NCBI GenBank assembly: GCA_016790635.1
Contig: JAEUOR010000040.1
Location: forward strand, 7,464 to 71,463
Origin: Burkholderiales bacterium
GTDB taxonomy: Bacteria > Pseudomonadota > Gammaproteobacteria > Burkholderiales > JAEUOS01
DNA length: 64,000 nucleotides
Reading direction: 5' to 3'
Part shown: positions 36,959-45,540 of the stretch, piece by piece
Layout: each line of letters starts with the position of its first letter
Numbering within the stretch: position 1 is the stretch's first letter
Position numbers and translations under genes: made by a program
The notes under the pieces: model-generated
What the model was told of the DNA's origin: nothing
Database searches by the model: none
Seen by the model: the letters and a program-made list of their open reading frames with translations, nothing else

Positions 36959-38082
36959 GGCGTGCCTCCGTCAGCGCGCATCGCCGCGTCGAGTTGCGCG
37001 TAGCGCCGCCGCTGCGCCGCTGCATTGCCCAGCCAGGCGCACAGCACCAGCGCACGGTTGAAGTACAGGCTCAAGTCGTATTCATCGGTGAAGCCGATCG
37101 CGCCATGCAATTGCACGGCCTCCTTGCACACCTTGAGCGCGGCGTCCGCGGCACGTGCCTTGGCGCCGGCGGCAGCCAGTGAGCGCTCGGCCGGTGTCGA
37201 CTGCGGCGCGGTAAAGCGCGCAAGCGCGGCGCCGTGCGCGGCCTTGGTCAGCTCGGTCTGCATCCAGATGTCGACCGCGCGATGCTGCAGCGCCTGGAAA
37301 CTGCCGATCGCCTTGCCGAACTGCTTGCGCGTGCGCAGGTAATCGAAAGTGAGTTCGAGCACGCGTTCCATGATGCCGTTGAGTTCCGCCGCGGTGGCGA
37401 GGATGGCGGCGTCGGCGGCGTAGGCAACAACGGCATTGGCTTCGGCCGGACCTGCCACGCGGTCGGCAGCGCTGACCCGCACCCCGGAGAACGTCAGGCG
37501 GCCGCTGCTGCCGCCGTCTGCCGCCGGCTCCAGCCCGATCGCCAGGCCCGCGCGGTCACGCTCCAGCGCATATAGCGAAACGCCGTCTGCGCCGCGCGCG
37601 GCGATGAGGAACACATCGGCCGCGGCCACGCGCACAAAGCGACAAATCCCGTCGAGGCTGCCTCTGAGTTCGGTGACGCCACCTCGCTCTGCGGCAAGGT
37701 CGCCGGCGTCGTTTTGCCAGGCCAGCGTGACCACGCGCTCGCCGGACAGGAGGTTCTCGATCAAGCTGCCGGGTGCGGCGCTGCACTGCGCCAGCGCGGC
37801 AGTGGGCAGCACGCCGGCGGCAACGTAGGGTTCCGGAAATGCCGCGTAGCCCAGGCGATTGGCGATCGCGCACGCCGCCGCCATGCCGAGGCCCAGTCCG
37901 CCGGCCGATTCCGGCAACAGCACCGACAGGTAACCCTGCTCGGCCATCTGGCTCCAGATCGCTCGGTCGAACCCGGGCGTACCGGCGCGCGCGGCGCGCA
38001 CGCGCTTGCCGTCGGGCTGCGCGAACGCGGCAGCGGCGTCGACCAACATCGCGAGGGTGTCGTCTTCCATGTTCGTCTGCAT
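36955..38082 (-). CDS. Acyl-CoA dehydrogenase family protein (second subunit or paralogue)
   Basis: 375 aa. ACAD-like (FGKAIGSFQALQHRAVD, LHGAIGFTDEYDLSLYF). RBS AAAGGAGCAGC before ATG 38082. Confidence 0.85.
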   Translation of the reverse strand: MQTNMEDDTLAMLVDAAAAFAQPDGKRVRAARAGTPGFDRAIWSQMAEQGYLSVLLPESAGGLGLGMAAACAIANRLGYAAFPEPYVAAGVLPTAALAQCSAAPGSLIENLLSGERVVTLAWQNDAGDLAAERGGVTELRGSLDGICRFVRVAAADVFLIAARGADGVSLYALERDRAGLAIGLEPAADGGSSGRLTFSGVRVSAADRVAGPAEANAVVAYAADAAILATAAELNGIMERVLELTFDYLRTRKQFGKAIGSFQALQHRAVDIWMQTELTKAAHGAALARFTAPQSTPAERSLAAAGAKARAADAALKVCKEAVQLHGAIGFTDEYDLSLYFNRALVLCAWLGNAAAQRRRYAQLDAAMRADGGTP

Positions 38083-38204
38083 GCTGCTCCTTTGCGCCTG
38101 CTCCAGCGCCTGGCATTGCGGCGACGGCCCTGGCCGCCTCAGGGCCTCGTCCGCCGACCCCGCATTTTTTCACAGGCGCGGCCGGCAGCGTACCGCCACC
38201 CACG

Positions 38205-38225
38205 CCCCCCCCCCCCCCCCCCCCC
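38205..38225. repeat. Homopolymeric tract C21 (G21 on the minus/coding strand of the flanking genes)
   Basis: Counted directly: 21 consecutive C from 38205 to 38225, preceded by CACG and followed by GGGGCGCGGGGCCGGG. Confidence 0.9.
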
Positions 38226-38252
38226 GGGGCGCGGGGCCGGGTCACCCCACAG

Positions 38253-38276
38253 CCCCCCCACGCCCCCCCCCCCCCC
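38253..38276. repeat. Homopolymeric tracts C7 (38253-38259) and C14 (38263-38276), separated by ACG
   Basis: Counted directly. Lies 10 nt downstream of the MBL-hydrolase stop and about 170-195 nt upstream of the ACAD start on the minus strand. Confidence 0.9.
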
Positions 38277-38285
38277 GCACCACGG

Positions 38286-39221
38286 TCAGCGCGTCGCGTG
38301 AACCAACCAGTCCCCCTCCTGCCGCGCCACACCGCTCTTGACCAGTTCCCCGGCCAGCAACTCGGCCAGCGCCGCGTCATCGAGTCCGAAGAGTGCGCGA
38401 TTGACCTCGACCACCAGCCCCATGGCGGCCAGGCGCGCGCCCAGCGCGGCCCGCTCGATGCGGCCTTCGATCATCAGCGCATAGGCCACGGCCACCTTGG
38501 CGGCATGGCGCAACAGGCCGGCCGGATTCGCCTCGAGGCGGTCCAGTTGCGCACGGGCGCGCGCGAGCGCGGCGTCGACATCCGCAAACGGCGCACCATG
38601 ACCGGGAATCACCACGCGCGGCGCGAGGTCGTCGATGGCCGCCAGGGTGGCGCGCTGCGCGGCGACGGCGCCGGCAAGGTCACTGCTTGGCGGCAATGCG
38701 GGAAAGAGCACGCCGAACCCCTGCCCCCACAACGCGTCGGCCGAGATCAGGATGCCATCGGCAGCGCACCACAGCATGAGCGAATCCATGTCGTGGCCCG
38801 GCGAGGCGATGACTTGCCAGCGCATGCCGCCCAGCGACAACTCTTCGCCGGCATGCATGGTGTCGTCGAACGCGAATCGCTCGCACTCCTGCCCCAGGGC
38901 AGTGAGAAGCAGCGCGTCCTGGTCCCAGGCGCGCACGACCTCCGCCTCGCCTGCAGGAATGGTGATGCGCACGTCCGGATAGGCGCGCGCCAGCGCTGCG
39001 TTGCCGCCGATGTGGTCGGAATGGGCGTGCGTGTTGACGATGCGCGCAAGCGCCTGACCACCCAAGGCATGGCGCACCAGGGCCACGGTCGTATCCGCGT
39101 GCCGCGCATACCCGGTGTCGACCACCGCCGGGGCCTGGCCCAGGAAGACGATGTTGTTGGAGGAGACCCAGCCGCGTTCGATGACCTTGATCGAAGTCGG
39201 CAGATGCCGCGGGTCGGCCAT
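38286..39221 (-). CDS. MBL-fold metallo-hydrolase
   Basis: ATG at 39221. HxHxDH motif in IVNTHAHSDHIGGNAAL. 311 aa. Confidence 0.85.
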   Translation of the reverse strand: MADPRHLPTSIKVIERGWVSSNNIVFLGQAPAVVDTGYARHADTTVALVRHALGGQALARIVNTHAHSDHIGGNAALARAYPDVRITIPAGEAEVVRAWDQDALLLTALGQECERFAFDDTMHAGEELSLGGMRWQVIASPGHDMDSLMLWCAADGILISADALWGQGFGVLFPALPPSSDLAGAVAAQRATLAAIDDLAPRVVIPGHGAPFADVDAALARARAQLDRLEANPAGLLRHAAKVAVAYALMIEGRIERAALGARLAAMGLVVEVNRALFGLDDAALAELLAGELVKSGVARQEGDWLVHATR

Positions 39222-39427
39222 CAGTCGCCGGCTCCGCCGGGTTGCCGCGGCATCTGATTGACGCAACCATCTGGAACATTCCGATGCAACATCGATCACC
39301 TCTTGCGCGCGGAAGCGACGCGCGGGGTACTTATACTATCCGGCACAGCCCATGCGGGAGCGCCCATCAGTCCCGCCATGCACGGGGCGCTGCCCCAAGC
39401 AGCCATTGACGACGAATCGAGATCAGC

Positions 39428-40813
39428 ATGAGAGCAGCCCAGAACGAACGCATCACCCGCATCGGCCCCGACACCCCCTGCGGGAAGCTGATGCGCCATT
39501 ACTGGCAGCCGGTGGCGCTGGTGGACGAGTTCGACCCGAAGCTCGATCCGGTCATGGCGATCCGCCCGGTCAAGGCGGTGCGCGTGCTGGGACAGGACCT
39601 CGTGTTGTTCAGGAATGCCCAGGGCGAGTACGGGCTCCTCGATCGCAACTGCCCGCATCGCGGCGCCGACCTTTCCTTCGGCCGCAACGAAGGCGACGGC
39701 CTGCGCTGCCCGTTCCATGGCTGGAAGTTCGACGTCACGGGCCTGTGCATCGACACCCCCGCCGAACCCGCAGGCAACCGGCTGTGCGGCCGCGTCAGGC
39801 AGCGCAACTATCCCCTCATCGAGCGCAGCGGCATCCTCTTCGGCTGGTTCGGCCCCGAAGACTCCGCGCCGCCGGCGTTTCCGGCGCTGGATTGCTATAC
39901 CGCACCCGGCACCCACACCTTTGCTTTCAAGGGCATGTGGGCCTGCAACTGGCTGCAGGCCTTCGAGGTGGGTGTCGACCCGGCGCATGCCTCCTTTTTG
40001 CATCGCTTCTTTTTCGACGAGACGCTTGAAGCGTCCTACGGCCGCCAGTTTCGCGGCGCCAGCGCCGGCGACATCAACGGCGAGCGCTGGCCGATGACCA
40101 AAGTCATGCGCGAGTTCGATCAACCGAAGATCACCGCCGAGCCCATGCCCTACGGCATGCGCCTGACGGCGCTGCGCCCGATGACCGACGCGCTCACCCA
40201 CGTGCGCATCACCAACTCGATCTTTCCGCACACCTTCGTGATCCCGCTGTCGGAGACCATGACCATCACGCAGATGCACTTGCCGGTCGACGACACCCAC
40301 ACCTACTGGTATTCGGTCTTCACCAGTTTCGCCGGGCCGGTCGACAAGGAGGCCATGCGCAACCAGCGCCTGCGCGCCATCGACCTGCCGGACTACATCC
40401 CCAAGTCCGGGCGCCACAACAACTGGGGCTTCAACCCCGAAGAGCAGGTCACGCGCACCTTCCTGGGCATGGGCGAAGATGACATCAACGTGCACGACCA
40501 GTGGGCCTGCGAGAGCATGGGGGCGATCCAGGATCGCACGCGCGAGCACCTGGGCACCAGCGACGTCGCCATCATGGCCAATCGCCGCACGCTGCTCAAA
40601 GCCATCGACGACGTCGAGGCCGGCAGGCTGCCGCCGGGCGTGGCGCAGACCGCACTGGCGGCCACGCGCATCGGCCCTGACACGGTCGACGGCATCGCCC
40701 CGGCACAGGACTGGGAAGCCTGGTGGCGGCGCGAGGTCGAGCAGAAACGCGCCGGCGCGCCCTGGGACGCCGCCTTGTCCGGGCGCGCCGCCGAGCCGGC
40801 AGTCAGCACATGA
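39428..40813 (+). CDS. Rieske [2Fe-2S] non-heme iron oxygenase, alpha-subunit-only type
   Basis: Rieske motif CPHRGADLSFG...CPFHGWKF. Mononuclear iron motif NWLQAFEVGVDPAHASFLH. No beta subunit or reductase gene is adjacent. Confidence 0.9.
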   Translation: MRAAQNERITRIGPDTPCGKLMRHYWQPVALVDEFDPKLDPVMAIRPVKAVRVLGQDLVLFRNAQGEYGLLDRNCPHRGADLSFGRNEGDGLRCPFHGWKFDVTGLCIDTPAEPAGNRLCGRVRQRNYPLIERSGILFGWFGPEDSAPPAFPALDCYTAPGTHTFAFKGMWACNWLQAFEVGVDPAHASFLHRFFFDETLEASYGRQFRGASAGDINGERWPMTKVMREFDQPKITAEPMPYGMRLTALRPMTDALTHVRITNSIFPHTFVIPLSETMTITQMHLPVDDTHTYWYSVFTSFAGPVDKEAMRNQRLRAIDLPDYIPKSGRHNNWGFNPEEQVTRTFLGMGEDDINVHDQWACESMGAIQDRTREHLGTSDVAIMANRRTLLKAIDDVEAGRLPPGVAQTALAATRIGPDTVDGIAPAQDWEAWWRREVEQKRAGAPWDAALSGRAAEPAVST

Positions 40814-42273
40814 CGCAACCCGTCGAGGGCGCGCTGGAAGAAACCGCCCGCCAGATCGAGGCCAGCGGCGTCGAGCTGGTGCGTTTTGCCTGGTGCGACA
40901 TGCACGGCATGCTGCGCGGCAAGACGCTCACCCGGACCTTTGCCCTGGAAGCCTTGCGCAGCGGCGTCAGCATGGTCAGCACGTTGATGCTCAAGGGCAT
41001 CGACGACCGCACCGCATTCAAGGTCTTCGAGCCCGCCATCGCCACCGAGTTGCCCGGGTTCGAGTTTGCCAACAACCTGATGCTGCGACCGATCGCCGGC
41101 AGCTTCAAGGTCCTGCCGTGGACGGACAAGACCGGCTGGCTGCAATGCCAGGCGGGGTTTCAGGATGGCACGCCGGTACCCTTCGATACGCGCCGCCAGT
41201 TGCAGCTGGCCCTGGCACGCCTCGAAGAACTGGGACTTGGCATGGTGTGCGGTCTGGAGGTCGAATTCCATATCTACCGCCTGCGGGACCCCCTCTTCGG
41301 CGCGGACCTGCAGCCCGAGAACGCGGCGTGGCCCGGACCGGCGCCTGACGTGAGCCTGATCCACCCGGGCTACAACCTCCTGGGCGAGAACTGGATCGAC
41401 CTGGCCGATGAGCCCCTGCGCATCGTGCAGCACACCGCGCAGGCGCTCGGACTACCCGTGACTTCGCTGGAGATCGAGCTCGGCCCCAGCCAGGTCGAAG
41501 TCGTGTTTGCAGCGACCGATGCCCTCACGGCCGCCGACAACATGGTGCTTTTTCGCAGTGCCACCAAGCAGGCGCTGCGGCGCGCCGGTTACCACGCCAC
41601 CTTCATGTGCCGCCCGCCGTTTGAGAACATCATGTCCAGCGGCTGGCACCTGCACCAGTCGCTGGTGAGGAGCGACAGCGGGCAGAACGCGTTCATGCGC
41701 GACCGCCCCGCCCCCGGCACGCAGGCCCGCGACGCGGAGCACACCCTTTCCGCGCTGGGCGCGCAATACCTGGCCGGCCTGCTCGCGCACGCCAAGGGCC
41801 TGGCGGTGTGGTGCACGCCGACCGCCAACGGCTTCGGGCGCTTCCGGCCCAATGCGCTGGCACCGCAATCGGTGCTGTGGGGGCGTGACAATCGCGGCGC
41901 CATGCTGCGCGTGGTCGGCGCGGCCGGCGATGCCGCCACGCGCATCGAAAATCGCCTCGGTGAACCCGCCGCCAACCCCTATCTCTACATGGCCGCGCAG
42001 ATTCACGCCGGGCTTGACGGCATCGCGCGCAAGGCGCTGCCGCCGCCGGCGACCGACGCCCCCTATGCCGAGGAGGCGGCCGGCGTGGAGCGCATCCCCT
42101 CCTCGCTGGGTGCGGCCCTCGAGGCGCTCCAGGCGGACGCCGCGCTGCGCGCAGGCTTTGGCGAGGGCTTCGTCAGCTACTTTCACCGCATCAAGTCCGC
42201 CGAGCATGCGCGCTTTGAAGCCGCCGAAGACAAGGTCGAATTCCAGCGCCGCGAGTATTTCGGCCGCATCTGA
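40810..42273 (+). CDS. Glutamine synthetase family protein (gamma-glutamyl ligase-like)
   Basis: ATG 40810 overlaps the Rieske stop (ATGA). GS catalytic-domain stretches (GLEVEFHIY, FMCRPPFENIMSSGWHLHQSL, NRGAMLRV, RIENRLGEPAANPYL). Confidence 0.85.
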   Translation: MTQPVEGALEETARQIEASGVELVRFAWCDMHGMLRGKTLTRTFALEALRSGVSMVSTLMLKGIDDRTAFKVFEPAIATELPGFEFANNLMLRPIAGSFKVLPWTDKTGWLQCQAGFQDGTPVPFDTRRQLQLALARLEELGLGMVCGLEVEFHIYRLRDPLFGADLQPENAAWPGPAPDVSLIHPGYNLLGENWIDLADEPLRIVQHTAQALGLPVTSLEIELGPSQVEVVFAATDALTAADNMVLFRSATKQALRRAGYHATFMCRPPFENIMSSGWHLHQSLVRSDSGQNAFMRDRPAPGTQARDAEHTLSALGAQYLAGLLAHAKGLAVWCTPTANGFGRFRPNALAPQSVLWGRDNRGAMLRVVGAAGDAATRIENRLGEPAANPYLYMAAQIHAGLDGIARKALPPPATDAPYAEEAAGVERIPSSLGAALEALQADAALRAGFGEGFVSYFHRIKSAEHARFEAAEDKVEFQRREYFGRI

Positions 42274-42377
42274 AGCGGCGGTCCCGGACAGCCGGTACCG
42301 ATCACGCGTCCTGGTTTCAACACATCACGCTGCGCGACCTTCGCGCCCGCGCACCAGTCCGGGTCGGCGAAAGCGTC

Positions 42378-43055
42378 CTACAGCGACGATCCGCCGCAGA
42401 TGTGGATTTCCTGCCCGGTGATCGCCGCCGCGTCCGCAGAGAGCAGGAACTCCGCCAGGGCAGCCACCTCGTCGGCTTGAATGCGCCGGCCGATGGGCGG
42501 AAGCGGCGCGGGCGGCGTGCTGGCGCGGGCAGGGTCCTGCAACATCGCGGTGTCGGTGCTGCCGGGCGCGACCACGTTGACGGTGATGCCGCGCGGCGCC
42601 AGCTCCTTGGCCCAGGAGCGCGCCATGCCGGTCAGCGCCGACTTGGCCGCCGCGTACTGGCTTTTTTGCGCCGCGCCCAGGCTGGCGCGGCTGCCGATGA
42701 GCACGATGCGCCCGCCTTCGCGCATGCCCGGCGCGAGATGGTTGGCGAGCGCCGCCGCCGCCTCGACGTGCAGGCGCCAGAGGAAAGCACCGGCGTCGAA
42801 ATCGAGTTCGCCCAGCCTGGCGCCGCGCATCACGCCGGCGCAATGGACCAGGGCATCGGCGGCTTCCAGCCCTTCGATGGCATCGGCGCGTGCCGCGCTG
42901 TCGGCTAGGTCGACCGTGAGCGCGCGGAAGTCGGGGTGAACCAGCGTCGCCGCTGCGCGATCAAGCCCGCTCACGCGCCATCCGCCACGCAACAGGCGTT
43001 CGGCCAGCGCGCGGCCGATGCCCGAGCTGGTCCCGCTGACGACGGCGTGACGCAC
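42378..43055 (-). CDS. SDR family oxidoreductase
   Basis: GTG at 43055, 5 nt after the upstream Bug stop. VVSGTSSGIGRALAERLL cofactor motif and Y-AAAK catalytic motif (SQYAAAKSAL). Using the alternative ATG at 43109 would overlap the Bug gene. Confidence 0.8.
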   Translation of the reverse strand: MRHAVVSGTSSGIGRALAERLLRGGWRVSGLDRAAATLVHPDFRALTVDLADSAARADAIEGLEAADALVHCAGVMRGARLGELDFDAGAFLWRLHVEAAAALANHLAPGMREGGRIVLIGSRASLGAAQKSQYAAAKSALTGMARSWAKELAPRGITVNVVAPGSTDTAMLQDPARASTPPAPLPPIGRRIQADEVAALAEFLLSADAAAITGQEIHICGGSSL

Positions 43056-43059
43056 GTGC

Positions 43060-44046
43060 CTAGGTGCGCTCGAAGTTGACGCTCTTGAGCAACTCGCCGC
43101 CGCGCGCAATCTCGCTGCGGATGAAGCGGCGGCTGTCCTCGATGGTCTCGGCCACCGGCTCGAGCAGGGTGCCGGTCAGCCGCTTGACGACCTCGGGGTC
43201 GCGCATGGTCTCCTGGATCACGCCGTTGATCGCCAGCTGGATCTCGCGCGGTGTGCCCTTGGGCGCCCAGACGCCGTACCAGGAATAGGCGTCGAAGCCG
43301 GCCAGCCCGCCCTCCGCCATGGTCGGCAGGTCCGGCGCGAGCACCGAACGACGCGGCGTGGCGATGCCGACCGCGCGCACCTTGGTCGGATCCTTGGCAG
43401 CGGGCAGGAGCGCGAAGCTGGGGTCGATCAGGAGCTGCACCGCACCGCCCATGATGTCGGTCAGCGCCGGCACCGTGCCCTTGTACGGAACCATCGGAAT
43501 CTTGAGCCCGGTACGGCGCAGGAAATCGATGGTCGCCAGGTGTCCCGCCGAGCCCATCGAGGAGATCGCGAAGTTCCACTTGGCCGGCTCGGCGCGGGCC
43601 GCGGCGATGATCTCCGGCAGGGTCTTTTGCGGCAAGGCCGCCGACATGACGCACACCAGCGGCGCGACTGCGGTGCGCCCGACGAATTCGAGGTCGACTT
43701 CCGGGTTGAAGTCCGCTGCCTTGAGCACCAGCGGCATGACCGCGGTGTTGAACGCGCTGGCCAGGAGCGTGTAGCCATCCGGCTCGGCCTGGATCACCGC
43801 GCGCGTGCCGACGATGCCGGCGCCGCCGACGCGGTTTTCCGTCACGGTGGCGCCGCCGAACTTGGCGCGGATGCGCTCGGCGATGAGGCGGCCGAGGGCA
43901 TCGTTCGCCGCCCCGGGCGGCCACGGCACGATCACCCGCACCGTCTTGTCCTTGGCCGGCCAGGCCGATTGCGCCCGGGCGGGCATGCCCAGCGCGGACA
44001 GGCTCGCCGCGCCCGCCGCAGCGGTGATCATGCGTCTTCTATTCAT
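43060..44046 (-). CDS. Bug family (TctC-like) substrate-binding protein
   Basis: MNRRRMITAAAGAASLSALGMPARAQSAWPAKDKTVRVIVPWPPGAAND. Start is ATG 44046 (GGGGGAGA upstream) or ATG 44061. Confidence 0.9.
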   Translation of the reverse strand: MNRRRMITAAAGAASLSALGMPARAQSAWPAKDKTVRVIVPWPPGAANDALGRLIAERIRAKFGGATVTENRVGGAGIVGTRAVIQAEPDGYTLLASAFNTAVMPLVLKAADFNPEVDLEFVGRTAVAPLVCVMSAALPQKTLPEIIAAARAEPAKWNFAISSMGSAGHLATIDFLRRTGLKIPMVPYKGTVPALTDIMGGAVQLLIDPSFALLPAAKDPTKVRAVGIATPRRSVLAPDLPTMAEGGLAGFDAYSWYGVWAPKGTPREIQLAINGVIQETMRDPEVVKRLTGTLLEPVAETIEDSRRFIRSEIARGGELLKSVNFERT

Positions 44047-44144
44047 GTTTCTCCCCCTCATGTCGGTGCCGCTTGTTGGTATCCGGCTGCCATCGATGTT
44101 AGCAAGAAGCGCGAGCGGACATCAGCCCCGCGGCGGCCGGTATC

Positions 44145-44831
44145 ATGCACCGCATGGACCCTTCGCTGACTGCCGCCTTCAAGACTGTCTTCGTGGTTGT
44201 CGCCGCGCTGCTGCCCATCCTCAACCCGCCGGGCACCGCGCCGGTGTTCCTGGCCATGACCCACGGCGCCACGCCGGCGGTGCGTGCTGCGCTTGCGCGG
44301 CGCATCGCGCTGAACGTCCTTTGCATGCTGGTGGCGGCAATGTTCGTCGGCTCATTCGTGCTGGAGTTCTTCGGCATCTCGATCCCTGTGGTGCGGGTGG
44401 CGGGCGGGCTCCTGGTGTGCGCGACCGCGTGGCAATTGCTGACCGCGGCCGATCCGCTGGAAGCCGGCGATGCGCGCGCCGCGAGCGGCGCAAGCTTCGA
44501 CGTGCTCTCGCAGCGCGCCTTCTACCCGCTCACCTTTCCGATCACCTGCGGCCCGGGCTCGATCGCAGTCGCGATCACACTGGGCGCGACCCTGCAAAGC
44601 TCCAAGATCGCGCTCCTGCACATGAGCGCGGCGGTGCTCGGCGCGGTCTTGCTGGCGGCAACGGTGTTCGTGTGCCTGCGCTACGCCGAGCGCCTGCTGC
44701 GCCCGCTCGGCAAGACCGGCACGACCGTGTTCCTGCGGCTGATGGCGTTCGTGCTGCTCTGCATCGGCGTGCAGATCCTCTGGACCGGCGTGGCGGAACT
44801 GCTCGAGCCCTGGAAGGCCGCGCAGCGCTGA
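44145..44831 (+). CDS. MarC family (UPF0056) integral membrane protein
   Basis: 228 aa, about six TM helices. LLPILNPPGTAPVFLAMT motif typical of the MarC family. Confidence 0.8.
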   Translation: MHRMDPSLTAAFKTVFVVVAALLPILNPPGTAPVFLAMTHGATPAVRAALARRIALNVLCMLVAAMFVGSFVLEFFGISIPVVRVAGGLLVCATAWQLLTAADPLEAGDARAASGASFDVLSQRAFYPLTFPITCGPGSIAVAITLGATLQSSKIALLHMSAAVLGAVLLAATVFVCLRYAERLLRPLGKTGTTVFLRLMAFVLLCIGVQILWTGVAELLEPWKAAQR

Positions 44832-44858
44832 CGCGGAGCGCCGCGCCTTGCGCGCGAC

Positions 44859-45413
44859 CTACTTCCCGGGCGCCAGGGGTTTCAGGTTCCCGCAGTCCGC
44901 GCCGACCCATTTGCTGGTGGACTGCATGGTCATGGTCTCGGGCTTGCCGGAACGCATCTGCGTCACCTTCATGTTCATGGCGTAGGACTCGCTGCCGCTG
45001 AACACGATCGTGCCCTCGCCGCTGGAGGGCGGGTTGGTGCAGGTGAACCTTGTGCTGATGGTGTTGCCCTGGCGCGGCGACCATTCCATCTTGCAGTCGC
45101 TGCCCTGTCCCGCCGGCGGCTGGCCGCGCTCCGCCATCTCCTTTGAAATGCAGACGCGCATCGTGTTGCCCCCGGCCGACATCGACATGCCCTGCTTGGC
45201 CATCATGGCCTCGACCATCTTGCGCTGTTCGGGCGGCAGCGCGGCAAGCTCGCGCTGCGCCTGGGCCTGCGCGGCCCCGATGTCCTTGCCGCCTGACTGT
45301 CCATGCATGGACTGCGTCATCTCCCACAGGCCGGGCTTGATGTTCTGCGCGCTGGCCACGCCGCACGCCAGCGCCGCAGTCGCCATCGTCAACACAAACC
45401 GGTTCGCGATCAT
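44859..45413 (-). CDS. DUF3617 family secreted protein/lipoprotein
   Basis: Signal peptide MIANRFVLTMATAALACGVASA followed by IKPGLWEM and the Met/Gln-rich pattern with conserved Cys residues typical of DUF3617. Confidence 0.75.
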   Translation of the reverse strand: MIANRFVLTMATAALACGVASAQNIKPGLWEMTQSMHGQSGGKDIGAAQAQAQRELAALPPEQRKMVEAMMAKQGMSMSAGGNTMRVCISKEMAERGQPPAGQGSDCKMEWSPRQGNTISTRFTCTNPPSSGEGTIVFSGSESYAMNMKVTQMRSGKPETMTMQSTSKWVGADCGNLKPLAPGK

Positions 45414-45540
45414 TGTGTGCTCCTTGTTTTCCGTCGCCCCACAGGCAATTTATCCCCGAGCGGGGCGCCGCGTCAATCGAGGCGCCGCATGCACGGGCGC
45501 GGAGCGCACGGCTTAACCGTCCCGGCCCGTTGGCGCCGGG

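Noticed and set aside
34773-37055. 760-aa minus-strand ORF treated as a single gene
   Set aside because: Only the last 324 codons (from ATG 35747, which has a strong RBS and signal peptide) form a Bug protein. The upstream part is an alternative frame running across the ACAD gene 35789..36958, which has a clear ACAD sequence in its own frame.
38205-38276. C-tract region as a CRISPR array, IS terminus or integration scar
   Set aside because: There are no spacer-repeat periodicity, no inverted terminal repeats, no transposase or integrase, and no tRNA nearby. It is a set of simple homopolymers.
37556-39257. ORFs 37556..38380 (-), 37773..39257 (+) and 38006..38341 (+), which encode poly-Gly or poly-Pro runs
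   Set aside because: The poly-G/poly-P stretches are simply translations of the homopolymeric C/G tracts. The ORFs overlap the ACAD and MBL-hydrolase genes antisense or out of frame.
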